The notes beneath the pieces were generated by a model. It did not search any database. It was given only the letters and a program-made list of their open reading frames with translations, and had not been told where the DNA came from. Below are positions 8,661 through 18,575 of a stretch of DNA of 64,000 bases, piece by piece. The first letter of the stretch is position 1; the number at the start of each line of letters is the position of its first letter. The position numbers and the translations under genes are program-made. Source of the DNA: Candidatus Poribacteria bacterium (GTDB taxonomy: Bacteria > Poribacteria > WGA-4E > WGA-3G). The DNA lies in contig OZ240248.1 in the NCBI GenBank assembly GCA_965198235.1, forward strand, positions 3,872,001-3,936,000, written 5' to 3'.

Positions 8661-11654
8661 ATGGAAACGACCCGAATGCCGGATGTAGAGTTGCGCCCCG
8701 GCGAACAACTTCACGGCTTTGAGGTAAAAGCCGTCACACCGATCGACGAATTGCGAGCGGTGACGATTGAATTAGCACATCAACAGAGCGGCGCACGTTT
8801 GCTACACCTCTACACAAACGACACAGAGAATCTCTTCTCCATTAATTTTCCGACCCCACCATCAGACGATACAGGTGTCCCGCATATTCTTGAACACGCC
8901 GTCTTAGCAGGCTCACAAAAATATCCGGTCAAAGAACCGTTTTTTGAAATGATTAAGATGAGCATGGCAACCTTTATCAACGCCATGACGAGTTCGGATC
9001 ATACCTACTATCCCGTAGCGAGCAATGTAAAGAAGGATCTCTTCAACTTGGCAGAAGTCTACTTCGATGCGGTATTCCACCCTCTCCTTACAGAGGAGAC
9101 CTTCAAACGCGAAGGGCACCATCTCGCACCCGTCGATCCCGAAGATCCGACGGGCGATTTAAAGGTAACCGGCATCGTCTATAACGAGATGAAAGGGGTC
9201 TTCTCGGATCCAGAATCACTGTTGTATCGCTCAATGACAAGCCGGCTCCTTCCAGATACGCTTTATGCATGCGAGTCTGGTGGAGATCCTGATGCTATTC
9301 CGGAATTGACGTACGAGCAGCTCAAAAAATTCCACGAAACCTATTATCATCCCAGTAACAGTTACTTCTTTCTCTATGGTGATATTCCGACCAGCGATTA
9401 CCTTTCCTTTCTTGCGGATAAGTTAGATAAGATTCCGAGAAACGAGGCAGGTGATGCCTTACGACCCCTCAGTCCAGAAGTCACCCATCAGCCGAGATGG
9501 AAATCACCACAAGTTGTGATCGATATCTATCCCGTTGGCGCAGATGAACCGCTCACAGAGAAGACGTACCTCATGCTGAGTTGGTTCATCGGGGATGCGA
9601 CCGATCCGGAAGAGATTGTTTTGGGACGTATTTTAAGTCTCATTCTTCTGGGCAATGAAGCCGCACCGCTCCGAAAAGCGATTATCGATTCTAAACTCGG
9701 TGCGGATCTCGTCTACTCCGGTGCCGGTTCTATCGGGGCAGCAGCAACTTTTTACCTTTTACTCAAAGGGAGTGAAACGGATCGCGTCGAGGCGTTTACC
9801 GAACTGGTTACCGATACCCTAACTCAGATTGCGGATTCAGAGATTGATAGTGAGAAGGTGGAAGCGGCGTTCCAGCAAGCAACCTATCACTACCAAGAGG
9901 TCGCGTCGATGTTCCCGCTCCGCATGCTCCAACGTGTCATTGAGGGTTGGATATATGAGAAGGATTCAAACACCTTCCTAAATATGGGTAAAACGCTCGC
10001 TGATGTCCGTCAGCAGTGGCAGGAAAATCCAGCGATTTTCAATGAACTCATCTGTGAACAGCTTATTGAAAATCCACACCGCTTGACAAGCGTGCTATCT
10101 CCAGATAGAGACATGCAGGCGAAAACCGATGCTGAACTCGCTGGACGGATGAAGGAAATACGGGCACAACTGACTGATGAGCAGGTGAAACATATTGCCG
10201 CTGATGCCGCTGAACTCGAACGTCTCAACGAACAGCCTAATTCACCGGAGGCATTGGCGAGACTGCCGCAACTTCAGGTCAGCGATCTACCCGAAAAACC
10301 GAGACATATCCCGACAACGGTCGAGAACGTTGGTGGACGCGCCCTTCTCCGCAATGATGTCTTTGCCAATGGGGTCAACTATCTCGTGCTAAACTTCGAT
10401 TTGCAAGGGTTGCCGGAGCATCTTTGGACCTATCTGCCGAGATACACCGATGCTATTAGCAAACTCGGTGCCGCCGATATGGACTATGCAGAGATAGCGC
10501 ATCGGACATCGGCAGTCACCGGCGGAATAGGATGTTCACCGGGGTTCAGCACACATGCTCTTGACGCAAATCGTTCCTTGCAAAGCATGCGATTTCACCT
10601 CAAAGCACTTGATGGCAAAACGGACGCTGCGCTTGACGTGCTCCATGACCTTATCTTTGATGTAAACCCGCGCGATACCGAACGCCTTCGCGATGTCTTG
10701 GTGCAAGCTGTTGCTGAATACCGCACGGAAATGATTCAGGAGGGGTTGAATACGGCGATTCATCACGCTTCGCGAGGTCTTTCGCCAGAAGCGCATCTCT
10801 CGGAGATTGTTTTCGGTCTCCCGCAACTCCACAACAGCGAAACATTGCTCAGCAGTTTTGACGAACTTAACACCGATCTCATGTGTCATATAGAAGCGAT
10901 TCGCGACTTCCTACTAACCCGCGGGCGGGTGACCGCGAGTTTCACTGGTTCCGACACCACTTTTGAGCAGACGCACACCAGACTCGGTGAATGGCTCAGC
11001 ACGATGCGAGATGAACCGATCCCTTCGGAATCAATTGTGTTTCAACCGTTTGGAACGCCGCCGAGAGAAGGGTTAGCCGGTCCTATTCAGATTGCGTACT
11101 GTGCGCACGTGATGCCGGCACCGCACTATTCGCACCCTGATTCGACATTGCTCAGTATCGGGGCGCATATTTTGCGATTGGATTACATCATGAGCGAGAT
11201 CCGCTTTAAAGGCAACGCTTACGGGGCATATTTCACCTATAGTCCGTTTGATGCTCAACTGTATCAAGCCTCATATCGCGATCCGCACGTCGCGCGGACC
11301 CTCAACGTCTTCGCACAGGCAGCCGACTACGTTAAACAGGTGGAATGGACGCAGACAGATATTGATCGAGCAATTATCGCGACTGCGAAAAGTGCTGAAA
11401 AGCCGATTCGCCCAAGTCAGGCTGCCAGCGACGCACTGGGTCAATACCTCATAGGTCAGACACGCGAAATGCGAGAGGATCGCTACGCACAACTCCGACG
11501 GGCAACGCCTGCTGAGGTAAAACGGGCACTTCTCGAACTCTTAGAAGGAAATCAAGATAAAGCCGCGGTATGTGTCGTTTCAAGTCGTGAAAAACTGGAA
11601 GCCGCAAATCGTGAATTGGCACAACCTCTTGTCATTGAGGACATTATAGCCTAA
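8661..11654 (+). CDS. Insulinase family M16C metallopeptidase (presequence protease-like)
   Basis: HILEH inverted zincin motif, FINAMT, GIVYNEMKG, IRFKGNAYGA. Confidence 0.93.
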   Translation: METTRMPDVELRPGEQLHGFEVKAVTPIDELRAVTIELAHQQSGARLLHLYTNDTENLFSINFPTPPSDDTGVPHILEHAVLAGSQKYPVKEPFFEMIKMSMATFINAMTSSDHTYYPVASNVKKDLFNLAEVYFDAVFHPLLTEETFKREGHHLAPVDPEDPTGDLKVTGIVYNEMKGVFSDPESLLYRSMTSRLLPDTLYACESGGDPDAIPELTYEQLKKFHETYYHPSNSYFFLYGDIPTSDYLSFLADKLDKIPRNEAGDALRPLSPEVTHQPRWKSPQVVIDIYPVGADEPLTEKTYLMLSWFIGDATDPEEIVLGRILSLILLGNEAAPLRKAIIDSKLGADLVYSGAGSIGAAATFYLLLKGSETDRVEAFTELVTDTLTQIADSEIDSEKVEAAFQQATYHYQEVASMFPLRMLQRVIEGWIYEKDSNTFLNMGKTLADVRQQWQENPAIFNELICEQLIENPHRLTSVLSPDRDMQAKTDAELAGRMKEIRAQLTDEQVKHIAADAAELERLNEQPNSPEALARLPQLQVSDLPEKPRHIPTTVENVGGRALLRNDVFANGVNYLVLNFDLQGLPEHLWTYLPRYTDAISKLGAADMDYAEIAHRTSAVTGGIGCSPGFSTHALDANRSLQSMRFHLKALDGKTDAALDVLHDLIFDVNPRDTERLRDVLVQAVAEYRTEMIQEGLNTAIHHASRGLSPEAHLSEIVFGLPQLHNSETLLSSFDELNTDLMCHIEAIRDFLLTRGRVTASFTGSDTTFEQTHTRLGEWLSTMRDEPIPSESIVFQPFGTPPREGLAGPIQIAYCAHVMPAPHYSHPDSTLLSIGAHILRLDYIMSEIRFKGNAYGAYFTYSPFDAQLYQASYRDPHVARTLNVFAQAADYVKQVEWTQTDIDRAIIATAKSAEKPIRPSQAASDALGQYLIGQTREMREDRYAQLRRATPAEVKRALLELLEGNQDKAAVCVVSSREKLEAANRELAQPLVIEDIIA

Positions 11655-11683
11655 ACCTATTTAGGCGCGTATACTTTTCCTTG

Positions 11684-11707
11684 GTAGGTGCGGTTTCTAA
11701 CCGCATC
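11684..11707 (+). repeat. GTAG-type REP-like hairpin
   Basis: gtaggtgcggtttctaaccgcatc. Confidence 0.6.
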
Positions 11708-11739
11708 ACGCTTACTATAAAAAATGAAAGGAATTAGAG

Positions 11740-13089
11740 ATGAAGAGAATCGCAATTCTGATGATATTTACGCTTGTTTTGGCAGTGATTGCAGCAAGCG
11801 CATCACAACCTGTTGGTTTCGAGAAAAACTGGCATCATTGGCGCGGACCACACGCAACCGGTGCCGCTGTCGAAGCCAATCCGCCCACGACATGGAGCGA
11901 AACTGAAAACATCCGTTGGAAAATTGCTATTCCGGGTACGGGACACGCCTCGCCGATTATCTGGGAGGACAAAATCTTTATCCAGACTGCAATTAAAGGC
12001 GAAGCATCCAAAGTGGAAGCCGAGGAATCAGGAGGTGATAATCCGTTTAGCGGCCTCTTTAACCAGAGGCGTGGACGGGAGGCAATTGAAAACTCTTACA
12101 AGTTTGATCTTATCGCCATCAATCGAAATGATGGCAGTATTCTGTGGCAAAAGACACTGCAAGAGTTAAATCCTCATGAAGGGACGCACCAAGATGGCAC
12201 TTTCGCTTCAAACTCGCCGGTCACCGATGGTGAGTACATCTATGCTTATTTTGGTTCGCGCGGACTCTACTGCGTTGATATGATGGGCAATGTGAAGTGG
12301 GAAAAGGACATCGGGACGATGTATAAGAACCTCACCTTCGGTGAAGGGAGTTCTCCTGTTCTTCACGGCAACACGCTTGTTATCGTTCAGGACCATGAGA
12401 GGGACTCTTTTATCACCGCACTCGACAAGCGGACAGGAGATGTTCTATGGAAGACCGACCGCAACGAAGGGACGACGTGGTTTTCACCGATTGTTGTTAA
12501 ACAGGACGGAAAACCTCAGGTGATCACTGCCGGCACAAATCGTGTCCGTAGTTATGATTTGGAAACCGGCAAACTTCTATGGGAAGGCGACGGGTTGACT
12601 GCGAATAGTATTCCTTCCCCTGTTGCTGCTGATGGGTTCGTATACCTGATGAGTGGTTTCCGAGGCAATGACTTGAAGGCAGTCCACCTTGCAAAAGCAA
12701 TGGGTGATATTACTGGATCGGATGCAGTCGTCTGGCAACACGGTCGGGATACACCTTATGTGCCATCGCCGCTCCTCTATGGAGAAACACTCTATTTCTT
12801 GAAAAGCAACGACGGTATCCTTTCTGCCTTCGATGTTAAAACCGGACAGGCGCACTATGGACCGAAACGGTTACAAGGCGTTTCTGGGGTCTATGCATCC
12901 ATTGTTGGTGCAGCCGATCGCGTCTATATCACTGGACGTAACGGGACAGTGAACGTTCTTCAACACGGTCCCGAATTTACAATCATAGCGGAAAATACGC
13001 TCGACGATAGTTTCAACGCATCGCCTGCAGTTGTCGGTTCGGAGTTATATCTCCGCGGCGGCCAGTATCTCTACTGCATTGCGGAATAA
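11740..13089 (+). CDS. PQQ-binding-like beta-propeller protein, secreted
   Basis: Signal peptide, NWHHWRGP, SSP motifs, ASPAVVG. Confidence 0.9.
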   Translation: MKRIAILMIFTLVLAVIAASASQPVGFEKNWHHWRGPHATGAAVEANPPTTWSETENIRWKIAIPGTGHASPIIWEDKIFIQTAIKGEASKVEAEESGGDNPFSGLFNQRRGREAIENSYKFDLIAINRNDGSILWQKTLQELNPHEGTHQDGTFASNSPVTDGEYIYAYFGSRGLYCVDMMGNVKWEKDIGTMYKNLTFGEGSSPVLHGNTLVIVQDHERDSFITALDKRTGDVLWKTDRNEGTTWFSPIVVKQDGKPQVITAGTNRVRSYDLETGKLLWEGDGLTANSIPSPVAADGFVYLMSGFRGNDLKAVHLAKAMGDITGSDAVVWQHGRDTPYVPSPLLYGETLYFLKSNDGILSAFDVKTGQAHYGPKRLQGVSGVYASIVGAADRVYITGRNGTVNVLQHGPEFTIIAENTLDDSFNASPAVVGSELYLRGGQYLYCIAE

Positions 13090-13099
13090 GTGGATTAAT

Positions 13100-13183
13100 G
13101 GCTGTCAGCAGTTGGTTCCGTCAGTTGTCAGCAAGAGGATGTTCATTCATCAGAAAACCTCTTTGCTGATGGCTGACGGCTAT
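13100..13183. repeat. Inverted heptamer repeats (TCAGC/GCTGA) between convergent genes; possible bidirectional terminator
   Basis: gtcagcag..gtcagttgtcagcaagagg ... cctctttgctgatggctgacgg; related heptamers at 460-482 and 1810-1835. Confidence 0.5.
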
Positions 13184-13184
13184 T

Positions 13185-13934
13185 CTAATACGTTGCTCTT
13201 CCGCCGCTGACATCGTAGCACTGTCCTGTCACAAAACTCGCCTCATCCGAAGCCAAGAAATTCACCACAGCGGCAACTTCCTCCGGTTTCCCAACACGTC
13301 CCAACGGAATCTTACCGACCATATAATCGATGGTTGATTGTGCCATGCCTTCTAAGAGCGGTGTTTCGATGACCGCTGGGGACACCGCATTCACACGGAT
13401 GTTATAGTCGGTTACCTCTTTCGCCAGTGCTTTCGTCAGACAGATAACACCAGCCTTAGATACCGAATATGGTATAAGTGTCGGATTGCCCTCTTTGCCG
13501 GCAATTGAGGCGATGTTCACAATCCTGCCGTAGTCCTGTGCAATCATTGGACCAATCACTGCCTTACAACAGAGAAAGACACCCGTCAGGTTTACACCCA
13601 TCACGGCATCCCAATCCGCTTCTTCCAAGTCGGTTAATGGCAGTGTCCGCCCTGCAATACCGGCGTTGTTGACGAGGATGTCAACACGGTCTAAAGTTGA
13701 AATAATTTTCTCAACGGCGGCATTGACATCAGTGGATTGTGAAACATCTGCCTGAACAGGCAGCGCGCTGCGTCCGATGGAAACCTCAATTTCCTGTGCT
13801 ACCGCTTCCGCTGCTGCCATGTTTAAATCCATGATGGCGACATCTGCCCCAGCGTTCGCGAGTCTAATGGCAATCGCTTTGCCAATACCTTGTCCTGCGC
13901 CTGTCACAATCGCAATTTTATCCGTTAGATTCAT
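13185..13934 (-). CDS. SDR family oxidoreductase (FabG-like)
   Basis: TGAGQGIG, NNAG, YSVSK catalytic motif. Confidence 0.92.
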   Translation of the reverse strand: MNLTDKIAIVTGAGQGIGKAIAIRLANAGADVAIMDLNMAAAEAVAQEIEVSIGRSALPVQADVSQSTDVNAAVEKIISTLDRVDILVNNAGIAGRTLPLTDLEEADWDAVMGVNLTGVFLCCKAVIGPMIAQDYGRIVNIASIAGKEGNPTLIPYSVSKAGVICLTKALAKEVTDYNIRVNAVSPAVIETPLLEGMAQSTIDYMVGKIPLGRVGKPEEVAAVVNFLASDEASFVTGQCYDVSGGRATY

Positions 13935-14487
13935 TAAAATCTCTCCCTTCCAGAAAATCGTCTAATTCTATTCCAAAGGCATCCGCTATCCGGTTGACGT
14001 AGTTGAAAAAGCCAACGACCTCCACAATAGCGAAAAGTGCCTCGTCAGTGAGCCCATAACTGCGGAGGTGTTCCAAGTCTGCAGGTGTAACTGTAGGTGC
14101 TGCTTTTGTCACCTTAACGGCAAATTCAAGGATCGCTTTTGTGGCTTCGTCAATATCAGATGTCTGAAAATTCGCCACTATCTGTGAAATCTGTTCGTCT
14201 GTGAGTTGTTCCCGCAACTCATCGGCATGCGCTATTATTCAGTAATGGCATTCGTTCACTTTCGAGACAACGGTGGCGATCATTTCCCGTTGCATCCGAC
14301 TCAATGGAGAGTCCGGGTCGTGCATCACGATTTTGTAGAGTTCAACGAAAGCGCGCATACTTTTCGGTCGCACGCTGAAAAGTTTGACGATATTGTAAAG
14401 TTGACCCGCCCGCGCCATCGCCGCGTCGTATTCCTCTTTCACGATACCGGTCGCATCTGCCTCATCTACGGTTTGAATCCACGCCAT
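13918..14487 (-). CDS. AhpD/carboxymuconolactone decarboxylase-like peroxidase-related selenoprotein (189 aa, Sec at residue 83)
   Basis: ORFs 14239..14487 and 13918..14217 are in the same frame, separated by one TGA: REMIATVVSKVNEC-H-Y-U-IIAH; C-terminal FNYVNRIADAFG typical of the family. Confidence 0.9.
14202..14221 (-). promoter_or_regulatory. Bacterial SECIS-like hairpin
   Basis: mRNA UGAGUUG-CGGGAA-CAACUCA: 7-bp perfect stem starting 17 nt after the UGA, with G in loop position 2. Confidence 0.75.
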
Positions 14488-14490
14488 ATT

Positions 14491-15720
14491 TTATTCTCCA
14501 ATCACAACGCCGTATTCACCAACGACCGCGCCTTTGTGTCCGGTTTGATAATGTAGGTGTCTCTCACCGACAATAGGTTGTGTGCTCTGGACCTCAACGG
14601 TGCCGCGCACTTTCCCCATTGCACCTTCATCCATATCTACGCAGCAGAGTGGCTTAATTTGGCGATGCACTTGCCGACGAATCTCACCTTGCCGGTTGCG
14701 GACGATGACGTTAACGAAGGCATCTGCTTCTCCAACGTTAAGGAATCGGAACCAATCCCATGCGCCACCCGCAATTTCAGGGAAAAAGAGTCGAATCCCC
14801 ACCTGTCCGCCCTCCACCGATGCACCGGGTAGATCGATAATGGCTGTCCCACTTTGCATGTGTCGTTCCGCGACAACCGGCTGATTGCTGCGGACCTCTA
14901 CGGAGGATTTCACTGTAATATCGTCCATGGGCGGTGTCCAACACTCAAAAGGTCTCAGTCGATCGCGTTTTTTTGTCCATGTCGATTGCGCGTCGTCATC
15001 TTTACGTGCGACCATCGTTACTTCTGCATCTTCTCTTCCGACATTGACGATCACAACCCAGTCTTCCCATGCCGGTCCGACCTCTGGAAAAAAGAGGGTA
15101 CGGGGTGCATCCGCAATCACCTGTCCAAATTGCCCGACACTGGTCTTGCCACCTTGATAGTGGAGATGCCGTTCACCGACGATCGGTTGTGAACTTTGCA
15201 TCTCAACTGTGCCAGTGACATTGCCCATAACACCTTCATTGAGATCCCAACAACAGAGCGGTTTGATGACGTGGTGGCGTTGCCGCAGTACATCGCCGTT
15301 CCTGTTTCGGACGGTGATGTTGACGTGCGCGTCTGCCTCACCGACATTGAGAACCCGAAACCAATCGTGAGCACCGGAGACCAATTCTGGGAAAAAGAGT
15401 CGCTGCCCAACTGTCCCATATTCTGGAGCCGCGCCAACAAAATCAAGCACGTTCGTGTCCTTGTGCATGTGTCGTTCTGCCACAATCGGTTGGTCCGCAG
15501 TGAACTGCATTGAGGAGTTCGTTTTAATCTCTTCAACGTTCGGTATCCAGGACTCGAAGGAACTTATTGTTTTCTCCGCAGACCAGGTGGGTTGCCCGTT
15601 GTTGGCGTGCCTCGCGATTGCAGTCACTCGGGTATCTTCAGTCCCCACATTCGTAACTTGGACCCAGTCTTGCCATTCGGGTCCCACTTCTGGAAAATAA
15701 AGGGTTGTCGCGCCTGCCAT
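14491..15720 (-). CDS. Four-repeat (A-B-A-B) beta-rich protein, DUF5719-like repeats, no signal peptide
   Basis: Four ~100-aa units L(Y/F)FPE...DW...NVG...QP(I/V)V.ERH; GGAGG RBS. Confidence 0.8.
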   Translation of the reverse strand: MAGATTLYFPEVGPEWQDWVQVTNVGTEDTRVTAIARHANNGQPTWSAEKTISSFESWIPNVEEIKTNSSMQFTADQPIVAERHMHKDTNVLDFVGAAPEYGTVGQRLFFPELVSGAHDWFRVLNVGEADAHVNITVRNRNGDVLRQRHHVIKPLCCWDLNEGVMGNVTGTVEMQSSQPIVGERHLHYQGGKTSVGQFGQVIADAPRTLFFPEVGPAWEDWVVIVNVGREDAEVTMVARKDDDAQSTWTKKRDRLRPFECWTPPMDDITVKSSVEVRSNQPVVAERHMQSGTAIIDLPGASVEGGQVGIRLFFPEIAGGAWDWFRFLNVGEADAFVNVIVRNRQGEIRRQVHRQIKPLCCVDMDEGAMGKVRGTVEVQSTQPIVGERHLHYQTGHKGAVVGEYGVVIGE

Positions 15721-15978
15721 TACTGCCTCCTATTTAAAGTCTGTTTTATTACGCTACATGCTCACATAGTGTGATTATTGGAAAATTAGGAGCTTCATGA
15801 TTGAGATTACTGTTACTATTTTAACTTGCATTTATTTATATTTTCCACTATAATTTCGGTCGATGTCATTTGGTTCGCACTTATATTAGGAAACTTGTCC
15901 GATTTCAAAAGGCTTTATGACGACGCATCACTAAATGCCTCTCGCAATTCCACTACACATCTTGAGGAGAAATATTTA

Positions 15979-16266
15979 ATGGCAGCGAAGAAACTCTCAG
16001 ACGCTGAAATTCAGGAAAACTTGGGACAACTCAACGGTTGGATCGTGGAAGACGGTAAGTTACATAAGGAATTCCAGTTTGATACTTTCGTTACGGCGTT
16101 CGGTTTCATGGCGCAACTCGCCTTAATCGCCGAATCGATGAATCACCATCCTGAATGGTTTAACGTCTATAACCGCGTGACAATTGACCTGATGACCCAC
16201 GACGCAGGTGGCATCAGCGATCTTGATTTTCAGTGGGCAAAACACGCAGATTCGATTAGCGGTTAA
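15979..16266 (+). CDS. phhB: Pterin-4a-carbinolamine dehydratase
   Basis: NHHPEWFNVYNRV, THDAGG; GAGGAG RBS. Confidence 0.93.
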   Translation: MAAKKLSDAEIQENLGQLNGWIVEDGKLHKEFQFDTFVTAFGFMAQLALIAESMNHHPEWFNVYNRVTIDLMTHDAGGISDLDFQWAKHADSISG

Positions 16267-16314
16267 ACCGGTTTTCTGTAGGCGGAAATGACATAACCCG
16301 CCCTGGAGAGACGT

Positions 16315-17262
16315 ATGGATACACCTAAAGTCTTGATTGGCAGTCGGCAGGCTCCAGAAATTGAAGCGATGCTATCGGATGTTCCACCGGGCGTTGAGGT
16401 TCGCTTTTTGCCTCACGGTGAACCTTTGCATGAGCATATCGCCGATGTTGATATTTTGTTTGGACGCATTGGCGAAGATGCGATGTCAAAAGCAGCCGCA
16501 TTGCGTTGGGTGCACCAACCGCATGCAGGGGTTGAGGGGTTTATGTACCCCGCTTTCAAGGCGAGCGATGTTATACTCACTAACTGCCGAGGCTTGTACG
16601 GCACACAGATTGCCGAACACGCCTTTGCCCTCCTTTTATCCATCACCCGTCGGATTCCCGATCAGTTGGAATTTATGAAAACGAAGCATTGGGAGCGTGT
16701 TCCATGCGTTGAACTGGCGGGTATGACAATGGGAATCCTCGGGCTGGGTGGAATCGGACGAGCGATTGCGGCACGCGCACAAGCGTTTGAATTTAATGTC
16801 ATTGCTGCTGATGTAGAACCAATTGATAAGCCTGATACCATCTCAGAACTTTACGGTTTGGATGGATTGATGGAATTCTTAGCGAAATCGAACATTCTCA
16901 TGGTGTGTTGTCCAAGTACCCCCGAAACGCATAAACTCCTATCAGATGCACAATTTAATCAGATACCCGATGCGAGTTACCTCGTGAATGTTAGTCGAGG
17001 CAAGGTTATTGACGAAACGGCATTGGTAACCGCACTGCAAAGTGGGCAATTAGCAGGTGCGGGGTTGGACGTAACTTACATGGAACCGTGTCCACCGGAA
17101 AGTCCGCTGTGGGAACAGCAGAATGTGATTCTGACCTCGCACAGTGCAGGCTCCTCGCAGCACGTTCGGAGACGTGCCATGCAACTTTTTATAGACAACC
17201 TACACCGTTACGTGAAAGGTGATCCCTTAGTCAACGTCGTTGACAAGCAGAAGGGATATTAA
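16315..17262 (+). CDS. D-2-hydroxyacid dehydrogenase
   Basis: GLGGIG, NVSRG, LDVTYMEP, TSHSAG. Confidence 0.92.
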   Translation: MDTPKVLIGSRQAPEIEAMLSDVPPGVEVRFLPHGEPLHEHIADVDILFGRIGEDAMSKAAALRWVHQPHAGVEGFMYPAFKASDVILTNCRGLYGTQIAEHAFALLLSITRRIPDQLEFMKTKHWERVPCVELAGMTMGILGLGGIGRAIAARAQAFEFNVIAADVEPIDKPDTISELYGLDGLMEFLAKSNILMVCCPSTPETHKLLSDAQFNQIPDASYLVNVSRGKVIDETALVTALQSGQLAGAGLDVTYMEPCPPESPLWEQQNVILTSHSAGSSQHVRRRAMQLFIDNLHRYVKGDPLVNVVDKQKGY

Positions 17263-17263
17263 T

Positions 17264-17364
17264 AGGACTTACGCAGTTGCTTCATCAAGTCCCCCTGATA
17301 AGGGGGATTTAGGGGGTTTAAAAATCAGAAATTTCCTGTTACATGCTAAATTTGTGTAAGTCCT
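17264..17364. repeat. MITE-like element with 12-bp terminal inverted repeats and internal hairpin
   Basis: AGGACTTACGCA ... TGTGTAAGTCCT (1 mismatch); internal tccccctgataaggggga. Confidence 0.65.
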
Positions 17365-17394
17365 GATTAAGTTAAAACATAGACTGGAGGAAAA

Positions 17395-18468
17395 ATGAGC
17401 CAGAAAACGTATCGTGCCGCGGCAATTGGGCATACAGGTGCCGGCAACTTTGGGCACGGACTCCACACCCCATATAAAGATATAGAGAACGTTGAATTTA
17501 TCGCTGTCTCTGATCCGAACGAAGAGGGTAGAGAAAAAGCCGCCGCAGAAGCAGGTGCCTTGCGCAGTTACGCCGATTATCGAGATATGCTTGAGAAAGA
17601 GGATCTTGATATTGTGAGTGTCTGCCCCCGTTGGACCGCGGATCACGTTGCTATGGTAACTGCGTGCCTTGAGGCAGGGTGCAGTGTTTACAGCGAGAAG
17701 CCGATGACGAGTACGCTCGCAGATGGTGATATAATCGTTGGGACAGCGAAAAAACACGGATTAAAGGTCGCAGTGGCGCATCAGGCAGTCTATCTCCCAG
17801 CGACACACGCGATTAAAAAGATGATCGACGATGGAAAGATCGGCACGATCCAAGCCATCCATGCCAGCGGTAAGCAGGACCATCGGGGTGGCGGTGAGGA
17901 TATGATTGTTCTTGGCACCCACACGTTTAATATGATGCGTTTCTTCGTCGGTGATGTCGCGTGGATGCAGTCCCACGTTACGACAAACGGAAAAGAAGTA
18001 ACGTCCGGTGGCGACCATAAACCGACAGAGCCAGTTGGACCCGTCGCGGGTGATTGCATCAACAGCTACTTCGCTTTCAAGAACGGTGTTTCTGGCTTTT
18101 TTGAGTCTCGGAGAGATCAGGCTGGCTCCGGCAGATACGGCATGGAAATTGTCGGAAGCGAAGGCATTTTCTCGCTCCGAGGTGATGTTGCAAACCGCCT
18201 CATGGTCTACCCGCATCCAGTGCTGCTCCCTTCAAATCCAGACCAAGAGTGGGAGGCGATCGACTTAGACCAGACACCTTTTTCCAGCGGCAATGAACTC
18301 GCTATTCGCGATTTGATTGATGCGATTGAGAACGACCGGAAACCGATTTCCGCTGCGGAAGACGCTGTTGCAGCCTTGGAAATGATCCTCGGTGCCTACG
18401 AATCTCAACTGTCAGGACAACGCGTTCCCTTCCCAATCGCAAACCGCGAACATCCTTTGAACAGATAA
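17395..18468 (+). CDS. Gfo/Idh/MocA family oxidoreductase
   Basis: EKPM motif, LDIVSVC, GTH; GGAGG RBS. Confidence 0.88.
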   Translation: MSQKTYRAAAIGHTGAGNFGHGLHTPYKDIENVEFIAVSDPNEEGREKAAAEAGALRSYADYRDMLEKEDLDIVSVCPRWTADHVAMVTACLEAGCSVYSEKPMTSTLADGDIIVGTAKKHGLKVAVAHQAVYLPATHAIKKMIDDGKIGTIQAIHASGKQDHRGGGEDMIVLGTHTFNMMRFFVGDVAWMQSHVTTNGKEVTSGGDHKPTEPVGPVAGDCINSYFAFKNGVSGFFESRRDQAGSGRYGMEIVGSEGIFSLRGDVANRLMVYPHPVLLPSNPDQEWEAIDLDQTPFSSGNELAIRDLIDAIENDRKPISAAEDAVAALEMILGAYESQLSGQRVPFPIANREHPLNR

Positions 18469-18481
18469 CCCCACAACCCTT

Positions 18482-18506
18482 CGCTGGCGGGGTTTATAAC
18501 CCCGCC
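18482..18506. repeat. REP-like hairpin
   Basis: cgctggcggggtttataaccccgcc; related to 19459-19485 and 34590-34617. Confidence 0.6.
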
Positions 18507-18575
18507 ATTCTATGGACACCTCATTCCAAAACCAATATATGTCGGGCGAGATTTCTATGCCTCGCCAATACCTTC

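Noticed and set aside
13918-14487. Pseudogene or two separate small genes
   Set aside because: The TGA falls on the catalytic Cys position and is followed by a SECIS-like hairpin; Sec recoding fits better
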